From a plasmid, in the sequence record NZ_CP012903.1: DNA of 64,000 bases; one strand, given 5' to 3'. The notes beneath the pieces were generated by a model that was not told the DNA's origin, did not search any database, and was given only the letters and a program-made list of their open reading frames with translations. The position numbers and the translations under genes were made by a program. Each line of letters begins with the position of its first letter. The stretch's first letter is position 1. This document shows, one piece after another, positions 1-10,704 of the stretch.

Positions 1-373
1 AAAGATGGGGTATGGCCGCTTTGGTGATCCAAAACATAGCGTAAACATTGGTTTTGAATGTTGCGTCGAAGTCTTCTGTGGTGAGTTCCTCAATTGACTC
101 ACAAAATTGCTGACGACCCGCATTATTGACGAGGATATCCAACCCTCCCAGTCCTTTTACCGCCTGTGTTACCAGATGACCGCAAAAAGCCTCATCACGG
201 ATATCTCCGGGGATGGCCAAAACATTTCTGCCTGCTTTTTTTATCAGATCGACCACTTCACGCGCATCGTCTTCTTCTTCAGGTAAATAGTTAATCGCAA
301 CATCAGCGCCTTCACGAGCATAGGCAATAGCAACAGCACGACCAATCCCTGAATCCCCACCGGTAATTAAGGC
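1..373 (-). pseudogene. SDR-family oxidoreductase fragment; the Rossmann-fold end is cut by IS26 and the other end runs off the window
   Basis: Minus-strand translation gives ...LITGGDSGIGRAVAIAYAREGADVAINYLPEEEDDAREVVDLIKKAGRNVLAIPGDIRDE..., a typical short-chain dehydrogenase; it abuts the IS26 end at 371. Confidence 0.5.
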
Positions 374-1190
374 ACTGTTGCAAAGTTAGCGATGAGGCAG
401 CCTTTTGTCTTATTCAAAGGCCTTACATTTCAAAAACTCTGCTTACCAGGCGCATTTCGCCCAGGGGATCACCATAATAAAATGCTGAGGCCTGGCCTTT
501 GCGTAGTGCACGCATCACCTCAATACCTTTGATGGTGGCGTAAGCCGTCTTCATGGATTTAAATCCCAGCGTGGCGCCGATTATCCGTTTCAGTTTGCCA
601 TGATCGCATTCAATCACGTTGTTCCGGTACTTAATCTGTCGGTGTTCAACGTCAGACGGGCACCGGCCTTCGCGTTTGAGCAGAGCAAGCGCGCGACCAT
701 AGGCGGGCGCTTTATCCGTGTTGATGAATCGCGGGATCTGCCACTTCTTCACGTTGTTGAGGATTTTACCCAGAAACCGGTATGCAGCTTTGCTGTTACG
801 ACGGGAGGAGAGATAAAAATCGACAGTGCGGCCCCGGCTGTCGACGGCCCGGTACAGATACGCCCAGCGGCCATTGACCTTCACGTAGGTTTCATCCATG
901 TGCCACGGGCAAAGATCGGAAGGGTTACGCCAGTACCAGCGCAGCCGTTTTTCCATTTCAGGCGCATAACGCTGAACCCAGCGGTAAATCGTGGAGTGAT
1001 CGACATTCACTCCGCGTTCAGCCAGCATCTCCTGCAGCTCACGGTAACTGATGCCGTATTTGCAGTACCAGCGTACGGCCCACAGAATGATGTCACGCTG
1101 AAAATGCCGGCCTTTGAATGGGTTCATGTGCAGCTCCATCAGCAAAAGGGGATGATAAGTTTATCACCACCGACTATTTGCAACAGTGCC
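371..1190 (-). mobile_element. IS26: IS26 copy 1 (820 bp, IS6 family)
   Basis: 14-bp terminal IRs GGCACTGTTGCAAA at 371 and TTTGCAACAGTGCC ending at 1190; 240-aa ORF matches Tnp26. Confidence 0.95.
423..1145 (-). CDS. tnp26: IS26 transposase Tnp26 (wild-type G184)
   Basis: MNPFKGRHFQRDIILWAVRWYCKYGISYRELQEM... matches Tnp26; the RIIGATLGF motif is present. Confidence 0.95.
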   Translation of the reverse strand: MLMELHMNPFKGRHFQRDIILWAVRWYCKYGISYRELQEMLAERGVNVDHSTIYRWVQRYAPEMEKRLRWYWRNPSDLCPWHMDETYVKVNGRWAYLYRAVDSRGRTVDFYLSSRRNSKAAYRFLGKILNNVKKWQIPRFINTDKAPAYGRALALLKREGRCPSDVEHRQIKYRNNVIECDHGKLKRIIGATLGFKSMKTAYATIKGIEVMRALRKGQASAFYYGDPLGEMRLVSRVFEM

Positions 1191-1470
1191 GATTTGCTCA
1201 CATCCAGCTTTTGTTAGTTCGTCAACCTGGTGCGCCACATCCTGAAGATGCGTAGATTTACGTGCATAGCCGATTTTCATTCTTTTCTCGCTAATTAGTT
1301 ATGGGGTTATTGTTATGTTGATACAGTAACGAGTTTTGTTACATGAGGGGAGTCATTTTTCGGGAGAAGTCAGGACTTTTCAAGACTGTCACAAAAACCA
1401 TCGTTTTTGATACATTAATTTAACCAATAGGTTGCAGATCAAATCGCCTGTAACAGCCTTTCTGGCTGTT

Positions 1471-1495
1471 TGTCGTTTTCAGAAGACGGCTGCAC
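1471..1495. repeat. IRi, 25-bp inverted repeat marking the intI1 end of the class 1 integron
   Basis: TGTCGTTTTCAGAAGACGGCTGCAC. Confidence 0.8.
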
Positions 1496-1672
1496 TGAAC
1501 GTCAGAAGCCGACTGCACTATAGCAGCGGAGGGGTTGGATCCATCAGGCAACGACGGGCTGCTGCCGGCCATCAGCGGACGCAGGGAGGACTTTCCGCAA
1601 CCGGCCGTTCGATGCGGCACCGATGGCCTTCGCGCAGGGGTAGTGAATCCGCCAGGATTGACTTGCGCTGCC

Positions 1673-2686
1673 CTACCTCTCACTAGTGAGGGGCGGCAGC
1701 GCATCAAGCGGTGAGCGCACTCCGGCACCGCCAACTTTCAGCACATGCGTGTAAATCATCGTCGTAGAGACGTCGGAATGGCCGAGCAGATCCTGCACGG
1801 TTCGAATGTCGTAACCGCTGCGGAGCAAGGCCGTCGCGAACGAGTGGCGGAGGGTGTGCGGTGTGGCGGGCTTCGTGATGCCTGCTTGTTCTACGGCACG
1901 TTTGAAGGCGCGCTGAAAGGTCTGGTCATACATGTGATGGCGACGCACGACACCGCTCCGTGGATCGGTCGAATGCGTGTGCTGCGCAAAAACCCAGAAC
2001 CACGGCCAGGAATGCCCGGCGCGCGGATACTTCCGCTCAAGGGCGTCGGGAAGCGCAACGCCGCTGCGGCCCTCGGCCTGGTCCTTCAGCCACCATGCCC
2101 GTGCACGCGACAGCTGCTCGCGCAGGCTGGGTGCCAAGCTCTCGGGTAACATCAAGGCCCGATCCTTGGAGCCCTTGCCCTCCCGCACGATGATCGTGCC
2201 GTGATCGAAATCCAGATCCTTGACCCGCAGTTGCAAACCCTCACTGATCCGCATGCCCGTTCCATACAGAAGCTGGGCGAACAAACGATGCTCGCCTTCC
2301 AGAAAACCGAGGATGCGAACCACTTCATCCGGGGTCAGCACCACCGGCAAGCGCCGCGACGGCCGAGGTCTTCCGATCTCCTGAAGCCAGGGCAGATCCG
2401 TGCACAGCACCTTGCCGTAGAAGAACAGCAAGGCCGCCAATGCCTGACGATGCGTGGAGACCGAAACCTTGCGCTCGTTCGCCAGCCAGGACAGAAATGC
2501 CTCGACTTCGCTGCTGCCCAAGGTTGCCGGGTGACGCACACCGTGGAAACGGATGAAGGCACGAACCCAGTGGACATAAGCCTGTTCGGTTGGTAAGCTG
2601 TAATGCAAGTAGCGTATGCGCTCACGCAACTGGTCCAGAACCTTGACCGAACGCAGCGGTGGTAACGGCGCAGTGGCGGTTTTCAT
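1673..2686 (-). CDS. intI1: class 1 integron integrase IntI1
   Basis: 337-aa [43 protein letters not shown]... recalled as canonical IntI1. Confidence 0.97.
   Translation of the reverse strand: MKTATAPLPPLRSVKVLDQLRERIRYLHYSLPTEQAYVHWVRAFIRFHGVRHPATLGSSEVEAFLSWLANERKVSVSTHRQALAALLFFYGKVLCTDLPWLQEIGRPRPSRRLPVVLTPDEVVRILGFLEGEHRLFAQLLYGTGMRISEGLQLRVKDLDFDHGTIIVREGKGSKDRALMLPESLAPSLREQLSRARAWWLKDQAEGRSGVALPDALERKYPRAGHSWPWFWVFAQHTHSTDPRSGVVRRHHMYDQTFQRAFKRAVEQAGITKPATPHTLRHSFATALLRSGYDIRTVQDLLGHSDVSTTMIYTHVLKVGGAGVRSPLDALPPLTSER
2571..2599 (+). promoter_or_regulatory. Pc: Pc cassette promoter, PcW variant with TGN-extended -10
   Basis: TGGACA at 2571-2576, 17-bp spacer, TAAGCT at 2594-2599 preceded by TGG (GGTTGGTAAGCT instead of GGTTCGTAAGCT). 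Confidence 0.6.
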
Positions 2687-2759
2687 GGCTTGTTATGACT
2701 GTTTTTTTGTACAGTCTATGCCTCGGGCATCCAAGCAGCAAGCGCGTTACGCCGTGGGT

Positions 2760-2824
2760 CGATGTTTGATGTTATGGAGCAGCAACGATGTTACGCAGCA
2801 GGGCAGTCGCCCTAAAACAAAGTT
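2760..2824 (+). promoter_or_regulatory. attI1: attI1 recombination site
   Basis: ...GCCCTAAAACAAAGTTAGCC core immediately upstream of the first cassette. Confidence 0.45.
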
Positions 2825-2830
2825 AGCCAT

Positions 2831-3328
2831 ATGAACTCGGAATCAGTACGCATTTATCTCGTTGCTGCGATGGGAGCCAATCGGGTTATTGGCAATGGTC
2901 CTAATATCCCCTGGAAAATTCCGGGTGAGCAGAAGATTTTTCGCAGACTCACTGAGGGAAAAGTCGTTGTCATGGGGCGAAAGACCTTTGAGTCTATCGG
3001 CAAGCCTCTACCGAACCGTCACACATTGGTAATCTCACGCCAAGCTAACTACCGCGCCACTGGCTGCGTAGTTGTTTCAACGCTGTCGCACGCTATCGCT
3101 TTGGCATCCGAACTCGGCAATGAACTCTACGTCGCGGGCGGAGCTGAGATATACACTCTGGCACTACCTCACGCCCACGGCGTGTTTCTATCTGAGGTAC
3201 ATCAAACCTTCGAGGGTGACGCCTTCTTCCCAATGCTCAACGAAACAGAATTCGAGCTTGTCTCAACCGAAACCATTCAAGCTGTAATTCCGTACACCCA
3301 CTCCGTTTATGCGCGTCGAAACGGCTAA
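2831..3328 (+). CDS. dfrA12: trimethoprim-resistant dihydrofolate reductase DfrA12 (gene cassette)
   Basis: 165-aa MNSESVRIYLVAAMGANRVIGNGPNIPWKIPGEQKIF... matches DfrA12. Confidence 0.95.
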   Translation: MNSESVRIYLVAAMGANRVIGNGPNIPWKIPGEQKIFRRLTEGKVVVMGRKTFESIGKPLPNRHTLVISRQANYRATGCVVVSTLSHAIALASELGNELYVAGGAEIYTLALPHAHGVFLSEVHQTFEGDAFFPMLNETEFELVSTETIQAVIPYTHSVYARRNG

Positions 3329-3411
3329 CCATTCCGTCAACGGGACGCCAAAATGCTGCGCATTTTGGTTCCCTCCGCTGCGCTCCGGCTCTCGTTACGT
3401 CCAACGTTAGC
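3329..3411 (+). repeat. attC (59-be) of the dfrA12 cassette
   Basis: Imperfect palindrome ending in a GTTAGCA core before the next cassette. Confidence 0.35.
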
Positions 3412-3439
3412 ACCACTGAAACCCAGCTTTATTTAGCTC

Positions 3440-3730
3440 ATGTTTATTCAAACGGCATTTAGCTTTTCAGGCGTTATTCAGTGCCTGTTTTGCCTTTTTT
3501 CCGGGCTTCGCCTGCATGGGCTGCGCAGGTTTTCAGTCTTTTTGGCCTCTAGCCCTTGCGTAGCAAGCGCAAGCAGCTATCGTTTTTGCAGTGCTGTGCC
3601 GCCTCGGTGGCGCAGCGTTTTTTCACGGTTAGCGCCCGTCGCCAAATTCAAGTTATCCGTTTTGGCTTCTGGTTCTAACATTTCGGTCAAGCCGACCCGC
3701 ATTCTGCGGTCGGCTTACCTCGCCCGTTAG
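3440..3730 (+). CDS. gcuF: gcuF/orfF cassette, hypothetical protein
   Basis: 96-aa ORF between dfrA12 and aadA2, as in the dfrA12-gcuF-aadA2 array. Confidence 0.6.
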   Translation: MFIQTAFSFSGVIQCLFCLFSGLRLHGLRRFSVFLASSPCVASASSYRFCSAVPPRWRSVFSRLAPVAKFKLSVLASGSNISVKPTRILRSAYLAR

Positions 3731-3735
3731 ACATC

Positions 3736-4527
3736 ATGAGGGAAGCGGTGACCATCGAAATTTCGAACCAACTATCAGAGGTGCTAAGCGTCATTGAGCG
3801 CCATCTGGAATCAACGTTGCTGGCCGTGCATTTGTACGGCTCCGCAGTGGATGGCGGCCTGAAGCCATACAGCGATATTGATTTGTTGGTTACTGTGGCC
3901 GTAAAGCTTGATGAAACGACGCGGCGAGCATTGCTCAATGATCTTATGGAGGCTTCGGCTTTCCCTGGCGAGAGCGAGACGCTCCGCGCTATAGAAGTCA
4001 CCCTTGTCGTGCATGACGACATCATCCCGTGGCGTTATCCGGCTAAGCGCGAGCTGCAATTTGGAGAATGGCAGCGCAATGACATTCTTGCGGGTATCTT
4101 CGAGCCAGCCATGATCGACATTGATCTAGCTATCCTGCTTACAAAAGCAAGAGAACATAGCGTTGCCTTGGTAGGTCCGGCAGCGGAGGAATTCTTTGAC
4201 CCGGTTCCTGAACAGGATCTATTCGAGGCGCTGAGGGAAACCTTGAAGCTATGGAACTCGCAGCCCGACTGGGCCGGCGATGAGCGAAATGTAGTGCTTA
4301 CGTTGTCCCGCATTTGGTACAGCGCAATAACCGGCAAAATCGCGCCGAAGGATGTCGCTGCCGACTGGGCAATAAAACGCCTACCTGCCCAGTATCAGCC
4401 CGTCTTACTTGAAGCTAAGCAAGCTTATCTGGGACAAAAAGAAGATCACTTGGCCTCACGCGCAGATCACTTGGAAGAATTTATTCGCTTTGTGAAAGGC
4501 GAGATCATCAAGTCAGTTGGTAAATGA
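3736..4527 (+). CDS. aadA2: aminoglycoside 3''-adenylyltransferase AadA2 (streptomycin/spectinomycin)
   Basis: 263-aa MREAVTIEISNQLSEVLSVIERHLESTLLAVHLYGSAVDGGLKPYSDIDLLVTV... Confidence 0.95.
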   Translation: MREAVTIEISNQLSEVLSVIERHLESTLLAVHLYGSAVDGGLKPYSDIDLLVTVAVKLDETTRRALLNDLMEASAFPGESETLRAIEVTLVVHDDIIPWRYPAKRELQFGEWQRNDILAGIFEPAMIDIDLAILLTKAREHSVALVGPAAEEFFDPVPEQDLFEALRETLKLWNSQPDWAGDERNVVLTLSRIWYSAITGKIAPKDVAADWAIKRLPAQYQPVLLEAKQAYLGQKEDHLASRADHLEEFIRFVKGEIIKSVGK

Positions 4528-4589
4528 TGTCTAACAATTCGTTCAAGCCGACCGCGCTACGCGCGGCGGCTTAACTCCGGCGTTAGATG
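4528..4589 (+). repeat. attC of the aadA2 cassette
   Basis: GTCTAAC...GTTAGAT palindromic element before the 3'-CS. Confidence 0.4.
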
Positions 4590-4690
4590 CACTAAGCACA
4601 TAATTGCTCACAGCCAAACTATCAGGTCAAGTCTGCTTTTATTATTTTTAAGCGTGCATAATAAGCCCTACACAAATTGGGAGATATATC

Positions 4691-5038
4691 ATGAAAGGCT
4701 GGCTTTTTCTTGTTATCGCAATAGTTGGCGAAGTAATCGCAACATCCGCATTAAAATCTAGCGAGGGCTTTACTAAGCTTGCCCCTTCCGCCGTTGTCAT
4801 AATCGGTTATGGCATCGCATTTTATTTTCTTTCTCTGGTTCTGAAATCCATCCCTGTCGGTGTTGCTTATGCAGTCTGGTCGGGACTCGGCGTCGTCATA
4901 ATTACAGCCATTGCCTGGTTGCTTCATGGGCAAAAGCTTGATGCGTGGGGCTTTGTAGGTATGGGGCTCATAATTGCTGCCTTTTTGCTCGCCCGATCCC
5001 CATCGTGGAAGTCGCTGCGGAGGCCGACGCCATGGTGA
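4691..5038 (+). CDS. qacEdelta1: QacEdelta1 truncated SMR efflux protein (3'-CS)
   Basis: 115-aa [33 protein letters not shown]... Confidence 0.9.
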   Translation: MKGWLFLVIAIVGEVIATSALKSSEGFTKLAPSAVVIIGYGIAFYFLSLVLKSIPVGVAYAVWSGLGVVIITAIAWLLHGQKLDAWGFVGMGLIIAAFLLARSPSWKSLRRPTPW

Positions 5039-5871
5039 CGGTGTTCGGCATTCTGAATCTCACCGAGGACTCCTTCTTCGATGAGAGCCGGCGGCTAGAC
5101 CCCGCCGGCGCTGTCACCGCGGCGATCGAAATGCTGCGAGTCGGATCAGACGTCGTGGATGTCGGACCGGCCGCCAGCCATCCGGACGCGAGGCCTGTAT
5201 CGCCGGCCGATGAGATCAGACGTATTGCGCCGCTCTTAGACGCCCTGTCCGATCAGATGCACCGTGTTTCAATCGACAGCTTCCAACCGGAAACCCAGCG
5301 CTATGCGCTCAAGCGCGGCGTGGGCTACCTGAACGATATCCAAGGATTTCCTGACCCTGCGCTCTATCCCGATATTGCTGAGGCGGACTGCAGGCTGGTG
5401 GTTATGCACTCAGCGCAGCGGGATGGCATCGCCACCCGCACCGGTCACCTTCGACCCGAAGACGCGCTCGACGAGATTGTGCGGTTCTTCGAGGCGCGGG
5501 TTTCCGCCTTGCGACGGAGCGGGGTCGCTGCCGACCGGCTCATCCTCGATCCGGGGATGGGATTTTTCTTGAGCCCCGCACCGGAAACATCGCTGCACGT
5601 GCTGTCGAACCTTCAAAAGCTGAAGTCGGCGTTGGGGCTTCCGCTATTGGTCTCGGTGTCGCGGAAATCCTTCTTGGGCGCCACCGTTGGCCTTCCTGTA
5701 AAGGATCTGGGTCCAGCGAGCCTTGCGGCGGAACTTCACGCGATCGGCAATGGCGCTGACTACGTCCGCACCCACGCGCCTGGAGATCTGCGAAGCGCAA
5801 TCACCTTCTCGGAAACCCTCGCGAAATTTCGCAGTCGCGACGCCAGAGACCGAGGGTTAGATCATGCCTAG
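5032..5871 (+). CDS. sul1: sulfonamide-resistant dihydropteroate synthase Sul1
   Basis: [28 protein letters not shown]... from the ATG at 5032; the listed ORF carries a spurious N-terminal extension overlapping qacEdelta1. Confidence 0.95.
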   Translation: MVTVFGILNLTEDSFFDESRRLDPAGAVTAAIEMLRVGSDVVDVGPAASHPDARPVSPADEIRRIAPLLDALSDQMHRVSIDSFQPETQRYALKRGVGYLNDIQGFPDPALYPDIAEADCRLVVMHSAQRDGIATRTGHLRPEDALDEIVRFFEARVSALRRSGVAADRLILDPGMGFFLSPAPETSLHVLSNLQKLKSALGLPLLVSVSRKSFLGATVGLPVKDLGPASLAAELHAIGNGADYVRTHAPGDLRSAITFSETLAKFRSRDARDRGLDHA

Positions 5872-5889
5872 CATTCACCTTCCGGCCGC

Positions 5890-8050
5890 CCGCTAAATAT
5901 CTCCTTTTGGGTTGTTAATAAAACATCCAATAAGTTGACTGTGCGTGAAAAAGAAAGTTTTGTGTGATGGCGTTGAAGATCGCACCGTTAAGCTCTTATG
6001 TGGGATGGTGCAGAGCTCGACGACTACCGATAAAACGCAACCGCCGCAAACAGACAAGAAAAAGCCCCAACTGATAACAGTTGGGGCTTCAGTATTGTGA
6101 TTGGTGGAGCAATAGCACCCTGAACCCAAAACCTTCTCGCTCAACCGGTAGTGGCTGATAACAACTCGTGAGGGCTATTGCGGGTTAAGCATTTAGCGAT
6201 GTCTAGGGCCAGACTGGACGTCTGAACGCAAGCCGCTGATACTGTACATAACCACAGTATCAGCGGAGGATACCCATGTCGCTGGCAAGGAACGCCACGG
6301 CGAGTCAATCGCCCACTCAAACAAACGGTTACGAACGCCACCAACCCGACCAGACGCTGCTCTACCAGCTGGTTGAGCAGCACTACCCAGCCTTCAAAGC
6401 CTCACTCGAAGCCCAAGGTCAACACCTGCCTCGCTACATCCAACAAGAATTCAACGACCTCCTCCAATGTGGCCGTCTGGAGTATGGTTTCATGCGGGTT
6501 CGCTGCGAGGATTGTCATCACGAGCGTCTGGTCGCCTTCAGCTGTAAACGACGCGGCTTTTGCCCTAGCTGCGGTGCCCGCCGGATGGCCGAGAGTGCGG
6601 CGCTGCTGATAGACGAAGTCTTCCCCAAGGAGCCCATTCGCCAGTGGGTGCTCAGCTTTCCTTTCCAGCTACGCTTTTTGCTGGCTCGCCATCCCCAGCT
6701 GATGGGCCAGGTCTTGAGTATCGTCTATCGTACACTCTCAACTCATCTGATCAAAAAAGCCGGTTACACCAAAGCCTCTGCACAAACTGGCTCAGTGACT
6801 CTTATCCAACGCTTTGGCTCCGCGCTAAATCTCAATGTCCACTACCACATGCTGTTTCTCGATGGTGTCTATGCCGAAGATGACTATGGCAAGCAACGCT
6901 TCCATCGTGTCAAGGCACCCACTTACGATGAGCTGAATACGCTCGCTCACACCCTCAGCCATCGCATCGCTCGCTGCATGGAAAAGCGTGGGATTTTGGA
7001 GCGTGATGCCGAGAATACGTGGTTGACACTGGAAGAGGGCGAAGACGATACGCTGACTCAATTACATGGTGCTTCGGTTACGTATCGCATTGCCGTCGGC
7101 CCCCAGCAAGGGCGCAAAGTCTTCACCCTGCAAACCTTGCCAGGGCGTGAGGATAAAGCCGACTCAAGCAGTCGAGTAGCCAACCATGCTGGTTTCTCGC
7201 TACACGCCGGTGTGATGGCCGAAGCGCATCAGCGGGATAAGCTTGAGCGCTTGTGTCGCTACATTAGTCGGCCAGCGGTTTCAGAAAAACGTCTGGCATT
7301 AACCGCCAATGGGCAGGTGCGTTACGAGCTCAAAACTCCGTACCGCAATGGCACCACCCATGTGATCTTCGAGCCGCTGGACTTCATCGCCAAACTCGCT
7401 GCGTTGGTACCTAAGCCGCGAGTCAACCTCACACGCTTCCACGGCGTCTTTGCACCGAACAGCAAACACCGAGTTCAAGTAACACCCGCCAAGCGGGGCA
7501 AGAAGCCCGACAAATCGGAAGGTCTCGATACTAACTGGCGTGACAAGAGTCCTGCAGAGCGCCACCGCGCCATGACCTGGATGCAACGCCTCAAGCGAGT
7601 CTTCAATATTGATATTGAAGTCTGCGAACACTGCGGCGGTCACGTCAAAGTGATTGCCAGCATCGAAGATCCGAAGGTCATTGAGCAGATTCTCAAGCAT
7701 CTGAAACAGAAAACAGCCAAGGCGAATGCCGCCAAGCAGCGTGAGCTGCCACCAGAACGAGCGCCGCCACTGACTCCCAGCCTGTTCGATCCATCACAGA
7801 GTCGTCTCTTTGACTGACGACCCCAAATCCAACACTGCTCAACACTGCCAACTTTTAAACGGGGCGGTGGGGCAGTTTGTATCTCTCGAGCTATCAGGCT
7901 AGAGATTTTACCGCCAAATCGAACCTTATTAGAGCGGTTTAGGCTGGACCGGCAGTTAAAATTGGGGCTTGAGCGGTAAACGAGTGAGGGAATTTCAGGT
8001 AAGATACTTCGGATGAGGAGCAAAAAGGTGGTTTATACTTCCTATACCCC
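5890..8050 (+). mobile_element. ISCR1: ISCR1 (IS91-like rolling-circle element); 5' boundary approximate
   Basis: 513-aa transposase plus the conserved downstream terminus GGTTTATACTTCCTATACC ending near 8050. Confidence 0.75.
6276..7817 (+). CDS. orf513: ISCR1 transposase (orf513)
   Basis: 513-aa MSLARNATASQSPTQTNGYERHQPDQTLLYQLVEQHYPAF... with the HxxH...Y motif family. Confidence 0.9.
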   Translation: MSLARNATASQSPTQTNGYERHQPDQTLLYQLVEQHYPAFKASLEAQGQHLPRYIQQEFNDLLQCGRLEYGFMRVRCEDCHHERLVAFSCKRRGFCPSCGARRMAESAALLIDEVFPKEPIRQWVLSFPFQLRFLLARHPQLMGQVLSIVYRTLSTHLIKKAGYTKASAQTGSVTLIQRFGSALNLNVHYHMLFLDGVYAEDDYGKQRFHRVKAPTYDELNTLAHTLSHRIARCMEKRGILERDAENTWLTLEEGEDDTLTQLHGASVTYRIAVGPQQGRKVFTLQTLPGREDKADSSSRVANHAGFSLHAGVMAEAHQRDKLERLCRYISRPAVSEKRLALTANGQVRYELKTPYRNGTTHVIFEPLDFIAKLAALVPKPRVNLTRFHGVFAPNSKHRVQVTPAKRGKKPDKSEGLDTNWRDKSPAERHRAMTWMQRLKRVFNIDIEVCEHCGGHVKVIASIEDPKVIEQILKHLKQKTAKANAAKQRELPPERAPPLTPSLFDPSQSRLFD

Positions 8051-8053
8051 TGG

Positions 8054-8890
8054 ATGGACGAACAAGCCATTAAGCAGTGGCATTGCCTGGTCCACCATGG
8101 CCGCCGAGGGAGAGGTTTCCACTACAGTGACACCGCCATTGAGACGGCCCTGATGCTAAAAGGCTTGTTCAAGTTGCCGCTGCGGGCGCTAGAAGGCTTC
8201 ATTAACTCGTTGTTCCAACTGATGGCGGTGCCTTTGCAGTCGCCGGACTATAGCTGTATCAGCAAGCGCGCCAAGACCGTCGACATCAAGTACCGCCTCC
8301 CCAGCCAAGGCCCGGTGGCTCACTTGGTCATTGATGCCACCGGCCTCAAGGTCTATGGCGAAGGCGAATGGAAAATTCGCAAACACGGCAAGGAGAAGCG
8401 ACGAGTGTGGCGCAAGCTCCACTTGGCGGTGGATGCCACAACCCATGCGGTCATCGCTGCCGAAGTCAGCCTGGAGACGGTGGCGGATAACGAGGTGTTA
8501 CCGACGTTGCTCAACCCCTTACGACGCAAGATAAAACAGGTCAGCGCCGATGGTGCGTATGACACCAAGGCCTGTCATGCGCTACTGAAGAAAAAGGGGG
8601 CGAAAGCCACCATACCGCCGAGAAAAAATGCGGCACCGTGGGAGGAAGGCCATCCCCGCAACGAGGCGGTGACGGCGCTCAAGGCCGGTGAACTGAAGCA
8701 ATGGAAGAAAGACTCCGGCTATCACCAGCGCTCGATAGCCGAGACCGCCATGTACCGGTTCAAGCAACTCATCGGGCCAACGCTGAGCCTGCGGAACTAC
8801 AACGCCCAGGTGGGCGAAATCCTGGCTGGCGTGAAGGTGATGAACAAGCTGATAGGGCTTGGTATGCCTGTTCGCCAGCCAGTGAATTGA
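8054..8890 (+). CDS. IS5-family transposase (ISEc28-like, tnpU of the armA module)
   Basis: 278-aa DDE transposase located between ISCR1 and armA, as in Tn1548. Confidence 0.8.
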   Translation: MDEQAIKQWHCLVHHGRRGRGFHYSDTAIETALMLKGLFKLPLRALEGFINSLFQLMAVPLQSPDYSCISKRAKTVDIKYRLPSQGPVAHLVIDATGLKVYGEGEWKIRKHGKEKRRVWRKLHLAVDATTHAVIAAEVSLETVADNEVLPTLLNPLRRKIKQVSADGAYDTKACHALLKKKGAKATIPPRKNAAPWEEGHPRNEAVTALKAGELKQWKKDSGYHQRSIAETAMYRFKQLIGPTLSLRNYNAQVGEILAGVKVMNKLIGLGMPVRQPVN

Positions 8891-9215
8891 GTGGTATCAA
8901 CGGGTTGGGGAACGGCCATCCAGCGACGGATTTGGTCAACAACGCCGATAACACCTCGAAATCGGAGTTTATATGGCTTCGTGGGGGAGTTATGTGTTTG
9001 AGCTTTGTCGCATTAACGCGAATCAGGGGTTGACGGCAGAAATGGACTGGAATTACACTTCTTAGAGTCGGCGTTGCCGGAAAATTCTGATTGGATTAGT
9101 TGTTCGGGGTGCGAAAACAGTCGTAGTTCGGGGGAAAAACCGAATTTTGACCCGAAACCGCAAAAAACCCGAAATGACAGTTCCTATCAAATACTTAACT
9201 TGTAGGTTCTTTCAA

Positions 9216-9989
9216 ATGGATAAGAATGATGTTGTTAAGAAGATACTTGAATCAAAAAAGTACGAAAACCTTGATTCAGATATTGTTGAAAAGGTTGTTT
9301 CCATTTCTGAGAAGAAATATAAATTAAAGGAAGTTGAGAATTATTCTAAAAAGAAATTGCATCAAATATGGGGGTCTTACTATTCTGCCTATCCTAATTG
9401 GGATAAATTATTAAAAAAGTACAATCAGGGGCAGTTATCAATAGAAGATTTACTAAAGATTCATTCTTCGACGAATGAAAGAGTCGCAACATTAAATGAC
9501 TTTTACACTTATGTATTTGGAAATATCAAACATGTCTCATCTATTTTAGATTTTGGTTGTGGCTTCAATCCATTAGCTTTATACCAATGGAATGAAAATG
9601 AAAAAATAATATATCATGCATACGATATTGATAGAGCTGAGATAGCTTTTTTGAGTAGCATTATTGGGAAGTTAAAGACGACGATAAAGTATAGGTTTTT
9701 GAATAAAGAGAGTGATGTCTACAAAGGTACTTATGATGTAGTATTCCTTTTAAAGATGCTTCCTGTGCTAAAACAGCAAGATGTAAATATCTTGGATTTC
9801 CTACAGCTTTTTCATACTCAAAACTTTGTAATATCTTTTCCAATAAAGTCTTTATCTGGAAAGGAGAAGGGAATGGAAGAGAATTACCAGCTATGGTTTG
9901 AATCTTTTACAAAAGGTTGGATAAAAATCCTTGATTCGAAGGTTATAGGGAATGAGTTAGTATATATTACTAGTGGATTTCAGAAATAA
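9216..9989 (+). CDS. armA: 16S rRNA (guanine1405-N7)-methyltransferase ArmA (pan-aminoglycoside resistance)
   Basis: 257-aa MDKNDVVKKILESKKYENLDSDIVEKVVSISEKKYKLKEV...; AT-rich gene. Confidence 0.95.
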   Translation: MDKNDVVKKILESKKYENLDSDIVEKVVSISEKKYKLKEVENYSKKKLHQIWGSYYSAYPNWDKLLKKYNQGQLSIEDLLKIHSSTNERVATLNDFYTYVFGNIKHVSSILDFGCGFNPLALYQWNENEKIIYHAYDIDRAEIAFLSSIIGKLKTTIKYRFLNKESDVYKGTYDVVFLLKMLPVLKQQDVNILDFLQLFHTQNFVISFPIKSLSGKEKGMEENYQLWFESFTKGWIKILDSKVIGNELVYITSGFQK

Positions 9990-10704
9990 CTCCGCCTCCA
10001 AGGCACTCATTTTCTTGGAAAAGTACTAAACTCTGTCCAACGGCTGGAGCCCATTGTGGTGCAGAAAATTCAAATATATATCCATTTTCATTCTGGGTTA
10101 CTTTTACTGGTGTATCCTGACTTCTATAACGGATAGATGCTGTATAGTTATTATTAAGTAATGAAGTTTCGTTTATCAAGTGCAATTCTGAAACACTTAC
10201 TATGTTTTTCCAAAGTTTTGGATTATCTTTTCCTTGGACAACATAGAGGATATTTTGAGGAAAAGATAGGTTTCAACTACAGTTTAGAAGGTTAAAAACA
10301 AATGCATGCATGGCTCAAAAGCAATCTAGGGAAGGTGCGAATAAGCGGGGAAATTCTTCTCGGCTGACTCAGTCATTTCATTTTTTCCTGTTTGAGCCGT
10401 TTTTTCTCCCGTAAATGCACTGTATACCGATATGGGCAGGGCGAAGCGCTAAAGTACAACAATCTTATTGTTAGCTATTGTCTTGGCGTTCCAGAAAATC
10501 TTTAAACTCAATAGTATAAAGCCGTAACAGCACCATGGTTAACGCAAAAATAATTGGCCCATAAATCAAACCAATTAAACCAAAGAGTTGCAAACCACCT
10601 GAGGTATCCCCAGAAATTCTGTAGTTAAAATAAAATGTTAGTTGATTGGGGAACATTCATGGCGGTTCCTGATCTGATCATTCGCCAAAACTCCCACACC
10701 GCGG

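Noticed and set aside
600-1217. 205/207/201-aa ORFs antisense to tnp26 inside each IS26 copy (also 18677-19300 and 51004-51609)
   Set aside because: They lie entirely within the IS26 transposase gene on the opposite strand; a known spurious antisense ORF with no independent signals.
1191-1470. 280-bp spacer between IS26 and IRi searched for a gene or known element
   Set aside because: No credible ORF or recognisable repeat; the flanking ORFs 1420-1734 and 1432-1686 overlap IRi and the intI1 end and are spurious.
4945-5031. N-terminal extension of the sul1 ORF ([12 protein letters not shown]...) and the similar extension on armA (9147-9215)
   Set aside because: Extensions overlap the preceding gene or lack an RBS; the canonical starts at 5032 (MVTVFG) and 9216 (MDKND) give the known protein lengths.
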